Virus record (IMG/VR): IMGVR_UViG_3300012665_000949 | Coordinates: 1-62,859 of that record | Source of the DNA: a virus | Lineage: Duplodnaviria > Caudoviricetes | Length of the DNA: 62,859 nucleotides | Reading direction: 5' to 3' (one strand) | In this document: positions 36,901-45,112 of the stretch, one piece after another | Layout of the letters: the number at the start of each line of letters is the position of its first letter | Position numbering within the stretch: the first letter of the stretch is position 1 | The notes under the pieces: model-generated | Seen by the model: the letters and a program-made list of their open reading frames with translations, nothing else | What the model was told of the DNA's origin: nothing | The model's database searches: none | Position numbers and translations under genes: made by a program

Positions 36901-37610
36901 ATGGCCATGCCTGTCTTAGCGGTGTAGTCCATGGCCGCTTTGCCCAGCGTCTGGCTGGCAATCGCCTTGGCTTGCTCGGTTGTCAGCTTGGAGCCCACGG
37001 AGCCGAACAGCTTGCCCACACCGGGCACCAACGCCATGGCGGCGGTGTCAATCAGTGCTTGAGGGATAGCTGCGCCAAAGGCTGCAGCTCCGCTGGTCTC
37101 TGCCAGCGTCTTGCCGGTATCCATCTGCGCGGCAAGGTTGGAGCCCGTGAACTGGCCAGTGGAGACAGCGCCTGCGCCAAGCAAGCCTAAGCCAGCAGCA
37201 ACCGGGGCGGACACAGGAGCGGCCAAAGCCGCAAGACCTGCGGCGGCTGGAGCCGCCATGTAGGGCAGCGAACCACCAAGTGTTTCTCTAAACTTTAGAA
37301 ACGGAGCTTCCGTCCAGCCTTTTTCGGTGGGGGTGAAGCGAGCGGCGGCTTCAGCTTCTTTTTCTTTTTGGTATTTTTCGGCCTCAGCAACGTCCATGAA
37401 ACCGAGCTTGGCTGCTGTCAGCGCAGTCTGTCCCTTGAGACGCGAAGCTCCGGCAGAAGCAGCGGCAGTTAAGCCGGTGGTGTCTTGCTTGGGCTTTTCT
37501 GAAAAAATTTCTGGAAATTTTGTCTGGGCCAGAGACATGGCCTCCTCGTAAGACATGCTGTCGGGGACTTTAAGCGAGTCGCCGTTGGGAAGCTGGAGGT
37601 ATTTGGCCAT
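27960..37610 (-). CDS. Giant internal virion/ejection protein (polyvalent type; HExxH domain, LPD38-like C-terminus)
   Basis: 3216 aa; N-terminal hydrophobic G/A segments, long coiled coils, IIHEAVHAVT...EEFVSE, C-terminal PFFNAQIQG...IPFPFEVG. Confidence 0.8.
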   Translation of the reverse strand: MAKYLQLPNGDSLKVPDSMSYEEAMSLAQTKFPEIFSEKPKQDTTGLTAAASAGASRLKGQTALTAAKLGFMDVAEAEKYQKEKEAEAAARFTPTEKGWTEAPFLKFRETLGGSLPYMAAPAAAGLAALAAPVSAPVAAGLGLLGAGAVSTGQFTGSNLAAQMDTGKTLAETSGAAAFGAAIPQALIDTAAMALVPGVGKLFGSVGSKLTTEQAKAIASQTLGKAAMDYTAKTGMAMGREGFTETVQQVLERLQAGTSLTDPEARKEYIESFIGGAVLGGAIAPVGRAFERGGAKSQAREAVRLETEAAAKVEAQRAEEAKQQLAAERAKPEYLTNLQTRYDALVKQEKELEEKTKIKPEGTDPASKQFAAEQKKLAVQELKDFRATPEYESLVRERVEATPLMRKMDAEKKATEAVFGKEPTYQAEDTSDIAQATQIKARIDDLKKKQAGLPPAQQQPLQNQINALEGTLEKLVPDADTYNTAQKQLQTALEQTQQKLVDATTTAQEQKIITDMERLETALKNLQQFKPFVQTVTQMPSVSDLRDKMDAAKATGDFEAIRRLTPQLAQEEKQGELAFDTGDASDRALADEIATAREEAKRRSETVAKETDALFRMGEKGLTDFEVGLRKARLDEAREIMRQASKPASERVKRAQPYRVQPGGKLNLATRASMLVRENEQDWASFDKEAKENAFRSADREKLRDQIKAKLRDLEAEYNTFSKYGPSKALELVRTETATLENTLAQVERKLKIGRDKAVREPDAASQITQASDARVAELIDRMLPYITGEKALTADEAQAKQAQQKRQTLGQASLFDVGAQKELAADVPAGEGSDSIIESKELRPGVKLERSVTRDGGTRTRIYKNNEVNQDLTRYRYETTVDGEPQNIIVERDNITGETEAYLELEGKAVGSGLGIKRLTEQGMPATEAITRVLPDTGELKLLAPRKASAAAKTTPAPAKPAAQKASVAPIEQAADLMDRAKELRTRLAEYNVTIQKAGRPSDPEKLARLNDLKDLRDSTLTELDNVQKTYADLTERQTPLFEAEETAPGTADLFGGLEKARGKENRIQRELDALYKERDDIRAGMERRGQVGATPQLQALAEQYSKETPRLRQVEDQIEETEARLQAASGRRSERFDEFAQARERERGEQGESTMASLTRALEDAKSKLDYFKTVGEEKSVAAVEKAISNLEFEIAKLEERGETAPRERTSTLPGFERRAGLKAVDPAKLQDAKQRLVALKNVEEELRKARASGDSDPTRYLRQVAAMKTEQYEAFLVQSNDPIVKTWPPQKAAVLSKRYPKRIVATPRDLERAEEQRKEINYFNNLVKGSNRKLAENALQDNLQQQEKVRAEMADLERRQRAYEQQEAVRTGAAPGTAEAERLIAGEGYRTSSGQVRTLPKKLSSWGITKVEKKTSAPVPEAKVALSSRMLRAYQQDVEKQATGKAAEKESLEKQIARSTKNIENMNNALVQVYPDSVATDVEAEIEKLLASGLEPAQLQQVENMQQTYAALKTTTAGNTVGDAIARLTEMKEQIASRLGRFGTKRGAVEMYRNEVEDDIRGIKAAHKKTQEAYEGNLKDITQTIGALLAEAQRKGDAWTLAFNGLIKEKNAASLLASQELDFAQQELDSFKRKLNELRENTLKQITAAEKLPDSASKTATLAELNTALERQSALLPIAPGEVSDITAMKLADWLRRSGFGGYNTLLDAYNNAAAELAQYQFAYKKARLEQLGLTRAYGNDIRGVIDTEVDKIQKLTPQLEAAAKENAETAAQLKKANQALAGARVAERKEAAKQTPDQLAAFRYTTDERAALARIREGLGLPGTRYESDTTSSLVVKTRKVVRDTLNLRQAELEKAQAQDNVAEVQRLTPIVKQLERDYESVTQLGERVVTPVGEGAEDRTVERVEPLAEPGTRLGRQRVGPVTRVGTQPPSQMLSGTAESREAIAKGNRPMQAGAVRLTASDMNRADANSVSLAVLKQKLDAATGERKAELKAAFDAATDGMTDAQVKEKIKEGNDIIRVPGAATVVAARERFNAAKIVFEKAEADYQAAKTPAAKELAKDAVEEAEQARDRAFQMLKDAEANVAAGLKSNKSAKEQAEDAIEESRNVSAKPGQEEAGVELEQAEQRGRRGISDEGSFDVAVQYNPDAARTESNLAVKDAIMDGRFVEAVERLAVDSSNPLVRETAEDIRRLLTRTKVVIDPDLMHDGQPVPALYTPQNNTVRMRPEAINDEDIIHEAVHAVTLKVLRTPDDALTPQQRNAKREIIAIFKQLEKRRDLKTEYGISDVEEFVSEMQSNREFRAAVDKQPWYKRFWHALTRLWSNKPIAKISDQTSALIKQIYSPSSTLNVGKQAVPSIFRREAPPASAIVGNEPGKLATLKGNLFGLAGRVQYFDSLGAADAALIKAEGAGKLSSAEAFNAQYFMRMGDKVTQAAGQFITSGPVRIVADKVGTTTEYRYESTPGATLVNVSSAVERAAKAGGMNPQEAETMLTVLIAGQRANAVANGWERLQAKDPAGAKAEYNAYVNKMNANPKVKDAMEEAMREYKTYNEGLLNFAAQSGYLSKDEVRRLNKQPYVPFYRVEDGNVKLFVLGERPITIGNIKDNPDLKQFLGDEKKIQPILTSAVQNTFMLTRMAMHNKAMMETTSALYKAGFVSKMGKGAGLANPSTVHYKVDGEDYFGVIDADTFGIPAELIVRGMEGIKTTIPDVVKMMGIPADILRKFITRSPAYIVRQLVREPTNAFIVSGVDGVPIANALRELAKMQMGRSPAEQALMRGLVVSSNIYTGGEADMQKFLTDVAAGRGGWDKFLGKLDTMALQVDAATRATIYNDSIKKGFSEAKAQFRTMESANFGRRGLSPSMQMMSTLVPFFNAQIQGLDVLYRSFKGDMPFNEQLEIQRKIAARGAMLFAGSLAYAFMMQDDEDYKKAKPEERYSNFFVNIPGVKDPLKIPFPFEVGLLFMGLPQALVDVAMGSATGSEASKAIGKLLLNSAPGVVPAAPKPIIEAFYGETAFGPIESAREKLLEAGQRFRPGTTELAKTLGSVTGTVGISPLLVEHFVRGYTGGLGVALMSTLNPLLRDAAEGEKMPVGASRQPFIGGLFQPSEGRFIVERAYDRMGDVIQAQQTYKDYINRGQKDRAVAYAKENAALIVGAPMAGSFRQRMGELFDMERKIIANPKLSGAEKEAKVQQLKDMQNRMALQFYAATERTTPR

Positions 37611-37640
37611 AGCGTTTTAACAGTGTAAACCCTTGAAGTG

Positions 37641-37669
37641 AAAACGCCGCAGCGGGTTGGACTGCGGCG
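37641..37669 (-). terminator. Hairpin plus short U tract upstream of the giant gene
   Basis: Minus strand CGCCGCAG-loop-CTGCGGCG followed by TTTT. Confidence 0.55.
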
Positions 37670-37690
37670 CTTGTGCTATTTTGACAGAAC

Positions 37691-39403
37691 TCAGTCTTCC
37701 GTCAAGTCGTAGACCTTCCCTCCGGTGGGTGTGGAAGAGAAGCCAATCCCTGAAGCATACGAAGCCAAGAACGGGTTGTTCATCAGCGCTTGGCGCAACG
37801 CGGCGGTCTGCATAAGCTGTTTCTTTGCAGGCTCGGCCATCATGTAATCCTGATCTTTGCTCAAAACATCCATGACCTTTGCTTGCATTTTGCCGTACTC
37901 GGCTCGAACTTTGGCTTCGTTTCCTTGGGCTGCGGCCAGTATTTTGTTGCGCTCGTACCCCGGACCTGCCGCGATAGCGGCGGCTTCTTTCCGCCCTTTA
38001 ATTTCTTTTTCAAGGTTGCGCGATTGTTCCGCTGCATTGAACACCGCTTTGGTATCTTCACGCTTAAATCCGTACATGTCCTTCGCAGCGTCCACGGCCA
38101 TCTTCTCGATGTCTGTTTCTGTGCGATTGATCTGGCTCTTGAACTGGCGGCGCTCTTTAGCCGTCATGTTGGCCTCGTTGCGGCGGAACTCCTCGATCTG
38201 ATCGCGGGCGTCGTCCATTTTTTCCTGCGCAGCACGCAGCTTTTCCAGACCAGCGCCGTAGGTTTTGAGACCTACCTGAGCGCCTTTGCCAACAGCTTCG
38301 GCCAGTTTGCCCGGTGTGGACATAATGGCCAAACCGGCTTCCAACAACGCCAAGCCTGTGTTCTCGTCTTTACGCTTGCCCAGATCAGCTTCGCGTTTGG
38401 ACAGGCGTTCCTCGCGGCCTTTAAAGGCTTCTCCCCGGGCAGCAACGTCTTTCTCAAAGTCTTCAAACTCACCCTTAGATTGCGCACGCATTCTTTCAGC
38501 CAACTGGCTACGTTGCCAAGCCAGATCGGCATTTGCCTCTGGCCCCATACCCATGGCTTTTTGCATGGCAAGAAAACGCTCAATCTCGGATTGCTCAGGC
38601 GCAGCGGCAGCGGGTCCAGCTCCAGCACCGGGACGTGGCGCGTTACCGCGCTTTTTATCGTCTGCGAGGGGCGGCTGTTCCGTCTGCAAAGGCTGCGTCA
38701 GGGGCACGTTCAAGCGCGGGTCACCTTTCATGCCAGCACGTGTGTACCCCGGCCCCGGCATTGAGCCCGTAGGTTTGGTAAGTTCAGCAAGCTCCGCTTG
38801 ACCTTCGGCTTCGCGCTCAGGCGAACCAAACAGGTAATTGGCAAAGCTAGTTTTCTGGCGAGCGTCCAGCATTTCTTGCCGACGTTGCGCCATAGCCTGT
38901 TCTTTTGCGGCTTTTTCCGCATCTTCTTCGCGGTTGCGCTGCCACCACTTTTTATATGCCGCAGGGATGCTCGCCAAGTCTTGCACAAACTGCGACTGCG
39001 AACCGTTAAAACGCGCAACGCCACCTTCAGCCATCATCATGACGGGGTCTTGGCCGTAGGTCATGCCGCCTTCGTCGTAGCCTTCGTATCCGGCAATACC
39101 GCCATCGGCCATGCCCTGCATGTTTTGTGCAGGCAGCGCCGCAAGACCGCCCTCGGCCATCATCATGACGGGCTCTTGGGGCGACATCTGGGCTATTGCA
39201 GCATCTACGACTTTGGGCTGCTCCTGCATACCTTGCGCAGCTTGGGCTGCCGAACGCAGTTCTTTGCGACGGTTGGCCTCGGATGCAGCAAGCGACACAA
39301 TGTAGGGGTCGTTCTTGTTAGCCAACGCGTAATTCTGCAGCGCCGAGTCCGGCTGCAGCTTGGCCAGCATGGACGTGAGGTGATTGACGTTAATTCCTGC
39401 CAT
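37691..39403 (-). CDS. Probable internal virion/ejection protein
   Basis: 570 aa helical; repeated MAEGG/MADGG motifs; position. Confidence 0.65.
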   Translation of the reverse strand: MAGINVNHLTSMLAKLQPDSALQNYALANKNDPYIVSLAASEANRRKELRSAAQAAQGMQEQPKVVDAAIAQMSPQEPVMMMAEGGLAALPAQNMQGMADGGIAGYEGYDEGGMTYGQDPVMMMAEGGVARFNGSQSQFVQDLASIPAAYKKWWQRNREEDAEKAAKEQAMAQRRQEMLDARQKTSFANYLFGSPEREAEGQAELAELTKPTGSMPGPGYTRAGMKGDPRLNVPLTQPLQTEQPPLADDKKRGNAPRPGAGAGPAAAAPEQSEIERFLAMQKAMGMGPEANADLAWQRSQLAERMRAQSKGEFEDFEKDVAARGEAFKGREERLSKREADLGKRKDENTGLALLEAGLAIMSTPGKLAEAVGKGAQVGLKTYGAGLEKLRAAQEKMDDARDQIEEFRRNEANMTAKERRQFKSQINRTETDIEKMAVDAAKDMYGFKREDTKAVFNAAEQSRNLEKEIKGRKEAAAIAAGPGYERNKILAAAQGNEAKVRAEYGKMQAKVMDVLSKDQDYMMAEPAKKQLMQTAALRQALMNNPFLASYASGIGFSSTPTGGKVYDLTED

Positions 39404-39412
39404 GATGTTTCC

Positions 39413-40429
39413 TTATGCCATGTTGGCAATTGCCAAATCGGCCAGACCAGAACCTACGCGACCACCACCAGCAAACGCGCCCAGCCTGCTCAGACCCAGC
39501 GCGGCAGTACCCAGACCAACTGCTTGTGATGTGGTGGAGGGTGGGGGTGTGAACATGGACTGCGACTGCTGTGTCAGAGGCAAACCACGGATCATGTCGG
39601 ACATGAACGCCATCTGCTGGTATGGGCGCTGCTGCGCGTTCAAGAAGTCCTGATACTGTGCATTAAGAATGTTCTGGGCCTGCTGTTGCTGCTGACCGCC
39701 ATACTGGTTCTGCAACCTGTTGATGTCCAGCATCTGACCAGCGTACTGACTACCGAGCGTGCCCAGTTGACCCGCTGCACCCAACGCCAATTGCCCGCCT
39801 TGCATGCCCAGACCTGCGCCGTACTGCGAAGACTGCTCTCGCAGTTGAGCGGCTTGCTGCGCAGCTTGCTGCTCCGCGTTGAACTGGTTCATGGCTTGGC
39901 TATAGGCATCCTGCGTGCCTTTGTTCTGGATGTCGCCCATCTGCATAGCCAAGTTGCGCTGGGCTTCGGCGTTCTCAATGGCTTGACGTGCACCACCAAA
40001 CGCACCGGCTCCTGCAGCTTTGGCACCGCGTTGGGTGCCTGCAATATCCGCTTGGCGCTGGGCTTCGCGCTTGTTGATGTCCACCACCTGCTGCATGTAC
40101 GGCGACATGTACTTGTCCGCAGCGCCGGGCTGCGTGAAGCTCTGCGACTGATACTGCGAGGGGCCGTACTGAGCGTTCAGGCCACGCTGCGCGGCCAAAT
40201 TGGCAAGCCCCGAAGCTGCTTCAATCTGCCCTGCGGGCTGCATGGAGCCAATGTTTGCGTACGACTGCTGCTGCAGGGGGCTAAACTGTGCGTAACGCTC
40301 GCCTTGGTACTGCAGATACGGGTTGTTTGCTACGTCAGTGAGACCCGCTGCTTGCCCCAGCAGCGACTCTGCATAGGGTTTCAGTACGTCAGAAAAGCCA
40401 TACTGCGTTTCGGTGGTTTGGGTTGCCAT
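39413..40429 (-). CDS. Probable DNA pilot/ejection protein
   Basis: Gln/Ala/Gly-rich; AGAFGGARQA motif. Confidence 0.65.
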   Translation of the reverse strand: MATQTTETQYGFSDVLKPYAESLLGQAAGLTDVANNPYLQYQGERYAQFSPLQQQSYANIGSMQPAGQIEAASGLANLAAQRGLNAQYGPSQYQSQSFTQPGAADKYMSPYMQQVVDINKREAQRQADIAGTQRGAKAAGAGAFGGARQAIENAEAQRNLAMQMGDIQNKGTQDAYSQAMNQFNAEQQAAQQAAQLREQSSQYGAGLGMQGGQLALGAAGQLGTLGSQYAGQMLDINRLQNQYGGQQQQQAQNILNAQYQDFLNAQQRPYQQMAFMSDMIRGLPLTQQSQSMFTPPPSTTSQAVGLGTAALGLSRLGAFAGGGRVGSGLADLAIANMA

Positions 40430-40440
40430 GTCTTGGCTCC

Positions 40441-42924
40441 TTATGCGGGAAGGTATTTCTCAGAGCGGCTGTTAACAGCTACACGTTTCTTTCCGGTGGT
40501 CTTACCCCGGGCTCTTTGCACGCGGTCCATCATGGCGTACAGCTTGCGTGCGCCTGCTTCGGTAGAGCCGTTGCCCAGCTCAGACACGATACGCGCTGGC
40601 ACCACAAACTCGCCATCAGCCAAGCGTGCAGGTTGCTTATTGCCGATTGTTGCAGGGATGTCGTCAGACACGCCGTCACCGGGGCCGCGCAGCAAGCGAC
40701 CGCCATCAGAGTAGCCGCCGAGGTTGTACCCGGCCTGACCGCCACCAGCCAGAGCACCAAGTCCGCCAAGAGCCATGCGGCGTGGCATCAAGCCGCCGGT
40801 AGCGCCGCTAGTGGGCTCATTATCAGTGGTGGTGGGTGGGGGTGTGGTTGTACTCGCCCCGATTTTTTGAGAGACCCATTTCTTTTGGTCTTCTTTCCAC
40901 ACCCATTCGTTACCCGTGCCGGGGTTCCCAGTAGGTTTAATGTCCTTGTTGGACGAGTACATGCTGGCCGATGGTTTTGGCTTGAGCATTTCGTACCCGG
41001 GGGTCTCGTAGATCGGCTTCGCAATTGGCGTGTTTGGAGGCAGATACGGGTTGACCGGGTATGCGCCTTGGCCAAACAGATACTCGTAAGCCGCACGTGA
41101 ACCACCCGTTGTGACATCCTTGATGGCCGGGGTGACTGGCACTTTTGGGTCCGGGTTGTACGGGTCCGTGGGTTTTTTTGGTTCGGTTGGCGTAGTGGGC
41201 GTAGTGGGGGTTGTGGGCGTAGTAGGCGTAGTAGGCGTAGTTGGTGCCGTAGACGCGCCTGCACGCATCTGGCTACGGCGTGCTTCACGTTCGTTCTCTT
41301 CCCGAGCCTGTGTCAGCACGCGAGGGTCGGTATAGGGGTCGATCCCTTGCTTCTTGTACACGTCCGCCAGCGTGCCTTGCCCATAAGGGTTGGGTTGCTT
41401 CAGCATGTTGTCGATGTACGCCTTGTCGTTGGCCGTCGATTTGTAGTCCGACATACCGCCAAACGAGGGGTCTGCGCCAGCTTGCAAGAAGATGTTTTGG
41501 TAGCCTTTTGGTGAGCCGCCCACGGCCGTGGCAATGTCGTTGACGTTCACGCCGTACTGAGTCATCAGCCCCATCAGTTTTTGTGGGTCATTGCGATATT
41601 GGTCAAACGTACCACGGATAGTTCGCAGTTGTTCGGGGGTGTAGTTTTGCGAGTAGCCCTGCTCTACAGTGCCGCCCAGTGACGGATCGTTTGGGTCCCA
41701 ACGGGAATCGAAACCGCCGCCACCAACAACAGGGCCGGTAGGTGCATTGGGGACATTGGAACCCGGAGCAGAGCCCGCAGCGCCGTATTCACGGGCACGG
41801 GCAAGCTCGGCATCGCTCACACCATACTGCGCTTGCGCAGCGGCAAGTGCTTCAGGGGATGGGTTTGTCTGCAGGAAAGCATTGACGCTGGCCAATTGCT
41901 CTTCGGACAGTCCGCCTTCGGCAAAGGCAATGGCTCCGCCGTTGGCAAGGGCCATCAAGCCACCAGCCTTAGCGCCGATCGGTGTGCGTGCGTTGGGGTC
42001 ACCGGCGTATGTGTACTCGGACATGTTGCGCGTACCCCACTCATCGGACCTGACTGGATCGAAGTACTCGTACTTGCCAGTGCGCCAGTCGTAACGGGCA
42101 GGGCGGATATACCCGGGATCACGCTTGGTTTCAGGCATCTTCTCTTCGTCGTCTTTTGCCAGCAAGGACGAAGCGCCTATAGAGTACAGAGCGTTCTTGT
42201 TGGCCCCTGCAAACTTTCCAATCGTGCCTTGGTCGTAGATGCTCTGTGCGCCTTTGCTCAGCGCGTCCAGCCCTGTGGGTGGGGCATACGCCGCAGTGCT
42301 CAGTGAGCCCGGATCAGTGCTCGGGAGAGGCGTGTATGGTTCAATAGGGGTGAGTTGTGCTTGAGCGGATGGGTTAAAATAAGGATTACTCCCAGCGCTA
42401 CCGGCAGGTTGCCCAGCCGAAGCGGCGGCATCATTTGCAACGGCCATTCCCGATTGATTGGCCGCGTTTTGTGTGGCGACAGCGGCGGCCTCGTCCGCAA
42501 CGGCGGTTCCAGATTGCTTAAATGCTTCCTGTGCAGCAGCTTCGCCCACACCTGCAGCGGCAAGACTACCCGCCAACCCAGCGCCGCCGAACGCTCCAAG
42601 ACCGGCCAGCAAACCTTCCTTTAAGCTGCCTTTGGCCAAACCAAAACCCGCACCAACCAGCGCGGCGGTCTGCCATGCGCTAGTAATCCCCAAGGATGCC
42701 CCACCCGTAGCCGGGGCCAGTGCAATACCCAGAATGGCGGGTAACAGCTTCTTGAGGCTGAACGCTTCAGGCAAGCCCGTTTCTGGGTTGATGGTCAGCT
42801 TTTCACCGTGCGCTCGTGCAAGGGCGTGCAGGCCAGCAACTTCATTGGGTGACATGTGCACCAGCATTGAGTCGCCGTAACGTCCTTTGGAGGACATGTC
42901 TTGGGCAAGGGCATGTAAGCTCAT
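40441..42924 (-). CDS. Probable internal virion protein
   Basis: INPETGLPEAF N-terminus, hydrophobic G/A region, PTT repeat, C-terminal GPGDGVSDDIPA...LADGEFVVPA. Confidence 0.65.
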   Translation of the reverse strand: MSLHALAQDMSSKGRYGDSMLVHMSPNEVAGLHALARAHGEKLTINPETGLPEAFSLKKLLPAILGIALAPATGGASLGITSAWQTAALVGAGFGLAKGSLKEGLLAGLGAFGGAGLAGSLAAAGVGEAAAQEAFKQSGTAVADEAAAVATQNAANQSGMAVANDAAASAGQPAGSAGSNPYFNPSAQAQLTPIEPYTPLPSTDPGSLSTAAYAPPTGLDALSKGAQSIYDQGTIGKFAGANKNALYSIGASSLLAKDDEEKMPETKRDPGYIRPARYDWRTGKYEYFDPVRSDEWGTRNMSEYTYAGDPNARTPIGAKAGGLMALANGGAIAFAEGGLSEEQLASVNAFLQTNPSPEALAAAQAQYGVSDAELARAREYGAAGSAPGSNVPNAPTGPVVGGGGFDSRWDPNDPSLGGTVEQGYSQNYTPEQLRTIRGTFDQYRNDPQKLMGLMTQYGVNVNDIATAVGGSPKGYQNIFLQAGADPSFGGMSDYKSTANDKAYIDNMLKQPNPYGQGTLADVYKKQGIDPYTDPRVLTQAREENEREARRSQMRAGASTAPTTPTTPTTPTTPTTPTTPTEPKKPTDPYNPDPKVPVTPAIKDVTTGGSRAAYEYLFGQGAYPVNPYLPPNTPIAKPIYETPGYEMLKPKPSASMYSSNKDIKPTGNPGTGNEWVWKEDQKKWVSQKIGASTTTPPPTTTDNEPTSGATGGLMPRRMALGGLGALAGGGQAGYNLGGYSDGGRLLRGPGDGVSDDIPATIGNKQPARLADGEFVVPARIVSELGNGSTEAGARKLYAMMDRVQRARGKTTGKKRVAVNSRSEKYLPA

Positions 42925-42925
42925 G

Positions 42926-43234
42926 TCAGACCTTTATTTTCAGTACTTTTGTGGCGCTGTCGTAGTAGACAGAACCCACACGTAGGTTAGCAAAATCCGC
43001 GTCGGTAGGCAAGCTGGCAACAAACGCTCCGGGAGTCGTCGGATCGGGCTGCGAAAAGCTCAGTCCCGAGATGATTTCCGTACCGTTGCGCTGCGTAGAC
43101 CCGGCCATTGGACCCGGAGAAACAAGCTGGTTAAAAAACAAGCGCATCACGTTGGTGAGCCTGTCCATGTACTGCCGATTGTATTCCTCTGGGGGCAGGG
43201 GTAGGTTGGGCGCAGTTGTATTAGATTGAGCCAT
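42926..43234 (-). CDS. Virion-module hypothetical protein
   Basis: GGAGG RBS, 102 aa. Confidence 0.7.
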   Translation of the reverse strand: MAQSNTTAPNLPLPPEEYNRQYMDRLTNVMRLFFNQLVSPGPMAGSTQRNGTEIISGLSFSQPDPTTPGAFVASLPTDADFANLRVGSVYYDSATKVLKIKV

Positions 43235-43237
43235 AGC

Positions 43238-45097
43238 TTACCTCCGCCCGTCAGGTCTGATGTCGAAGCGAGGCGCTCCAAGCTGCCACGTGGTGCCCAC
43301 TTGGGTGGAGTCAATCTTGAAGATCATCTGCCGACCGCGCACGCGGGTGTAAATCTGCCCGGTGAATTCTTCGGTAATCACGTAGTTGCTGCCCTTGACC
43401 ACGCTCTGGCCTACGGAAGCTGTGACCCCGGAGCCTGAGTTTGTAAGCCCTTGCAGCGTCATTGTGACCTGCGGGGCAGGGGAGGTTGCCGACCCCTCAA
43501 ACGTCAAATCCGGTAGCACCCGCCAGACAAAACCAAAGTTGTGGCCATCACCAATGTCAAATTCTGAAGACGAAATGTTCGCCACAATAGGGGCAGGCGT
43601 TGCTGTGGAGTTGTCGTCCACACCGTCTTCGTGGTTGACAATGTTGTTGATGTATGTCGCAGCAATTGGGTAAGGCTGCAGTCCAGTGTCCAGCCAAGCG
43701 GTGCGCCCTAGCGTGCCGTAATACCAGATTTTTTCGAGGTAGTTGTAGATGACGTACTTGTCCACCACGGTGGAACCTGCCGAGCAATAGAACCACCAGA
43801 CCTCGTTAAAACCCTCGTTGGTGCCCGCGAACACCTGCACGGCCTGATCTTGGTTGAAATCGCTGAACACGTATCGGCGCAGGTCGCAGTTGAGCGTCTG
43901 CACACGGCCGTCATACACGTAGAACTTGTCCACGCCCATCCAGTAAATCACCCCCGAAGCCAGCGCCACAGCGTTGGGGCCTGCGATAGAGATGTTGTCC
44001 CCAAGCAACTGCGTGCCCCAAACATAGGGTGGCCCAAGGTACTGCAGCGAGTACAGCGCCTGATCGGTGAACGTGACAATTTCCTGTCGGGTTTGGATGG
44101 CCGTGACAATTTCAGAGCCGTGCGACAAGCGGATACTGCCTGCTTGGTTGGTGATGGCCGGAGCCCACGTAAACGGGTCTTCCTGATCCGACCAGCGGAT
44201 TAGCATGGGGTCAATCGTTGACGCGCCGTAATCGTTCGTGCCAAACACCAGCGTGAAGCGGGACGCATCGGAAACAATCAGCTTGTTTTGGAACAGCGGC
44301 GTGTCTGCGTCACCTGACACGGTCAAATTGACCCCCCGGGTAGTAACCCCCGATGAAGCAGTCCAGTAGTAAACACCCCCGCCACGCGGCCCAAAAATTA
44401 AATTTTCGCCAAAATTAAACTGGTTCCACAACTGCAAAGGGATCGGGTCTGCAGTTCCTGTGCCCCACGGGCCAGCACCCCAACCGCCTGCGCCCCACCC
44501 GGTCAACGGGGTTTGAATATCGGGGCCAGTGTTGAGTTGGTACGCAGCAACGACCGAAGCACCGCCGCCGGGGGAACCTGACACGTCCGTAGCGTTTGCC
44601 ACTGCAGAAACAGTGATGGTGTAGCTGTTCACACTCAAAACAGTGACTTGGTACTCTGCGTTCAGCACGCCCGCCGTAATATTGCCGCCAAGGCCAACGG
44701 CTCCGCTGAAAGTCACAAAGTCTCCGGTGCCGCAACCGTGCGCCGTGTCTGTGACGGTGATAACGCTGGAGCCCAGCGTGGCCACGAATGGGTTATTGTT
44801 GATGGTGCTGGATGCGCGGATTGGGGTGATATCGTAGTACTGCCCGCCCAGATTGATGTAAAACTTCAGGTTTGTGCCAACGCCCAGCAGGTTGGCCCCG
44901 CCAAGGGTAATCCAGTTCCACAACGACCGGCAGACACCTAAAAACGTGAAGGCACTAAACCGTGTCCAGCCGCCAATCTTCTCGGGGTTGCCCTGACGGA
45001 ACCGGACTTTGTCGCAGTCGTACCAGCCGCCTTCGGTGGTATATCGCGTGTTTTCCCGGTTGACCCCCGGCTTGAAAAGTAGTTTGGAAAGTGGCAT
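43238..45097 (-). CDS. Tail nozzle/DNA stabilisation protein (P22 gp10-like)
   Basis: 619-aa beta-propeller-like; IRWSDQED, C-terminal RVRGRQ...WQLG.PRFDIRPDGRR; precedes the ejection genes. Confidence 0.65.
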   Translation of the reverse strand: MPLSKLLFKPGVNRENTRYTTEGGWYDCDKVRFRQGNPEKIGGWTRFSAFTFLGVCRSLWNWITLGGANLLGVGTNLKFYINLGGQYYDITPIRASSTINNNPFVATLGSSVITVTDTAHGCGTGDFVTFSGAVGLGGNITAGVLNAEYQVTVLSVNSYTITVSAVANATDVSGSPGGGASVVAAYQLNTGPDIQTPLTGWGAGGWGAGPWGTGTADPIPLQLWNQFNFGENLIFGPRGGGVYYWTASSGVTTRGVNLTVSGDADTPLFQNKLIVSDASRFTLVFGTNDYGASTIDPMLIRWSDQEDPFTWAPAITNQAGSIRLSHGSEIVTAIQTRQEIVTFTDQALYSLQYLGPPYVWGTQLLGDNISIAGPNAVALASGVIYWMGVDKFYVYDGRVQTLNCDLRRYVFSDFNQDQAVQVFAGTNEGFNEVWWFYCSAGSTVVDKYVIYNYLEKIWYYGTLGRTAWLDTGLQPYPIAATYINNIVNHEDGVDDNSTATPAPIVANISSSEFDIGDGHNFGFVWRVLPDLTFEGSATSPAPQVTMTLQGLTNSGSGVTASVGQSVVKGSNYVITEEFTGQIYTRVRGRQMIFKIDSTQVGTTWQLGAPRFDIRPDGRR

Positions 45098-45112
45098 GGG
45101 GGTATTCTCCTA

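Noticed and set aside
27960-37610. Virion RNA polymerase as in N4-like or crAss-like phages
   Set aside because: No DxDGD or T7-like polymerase motifs were seen; a structural search is needed to exclude it fully
40441-40720. Tape measure protein, suggested by the GPGDGVSDDIPA...DGEFV motif
   Set aside because: No tail tube or tail chaperone genes were recognised, and the context fits podoviral ejection proteins
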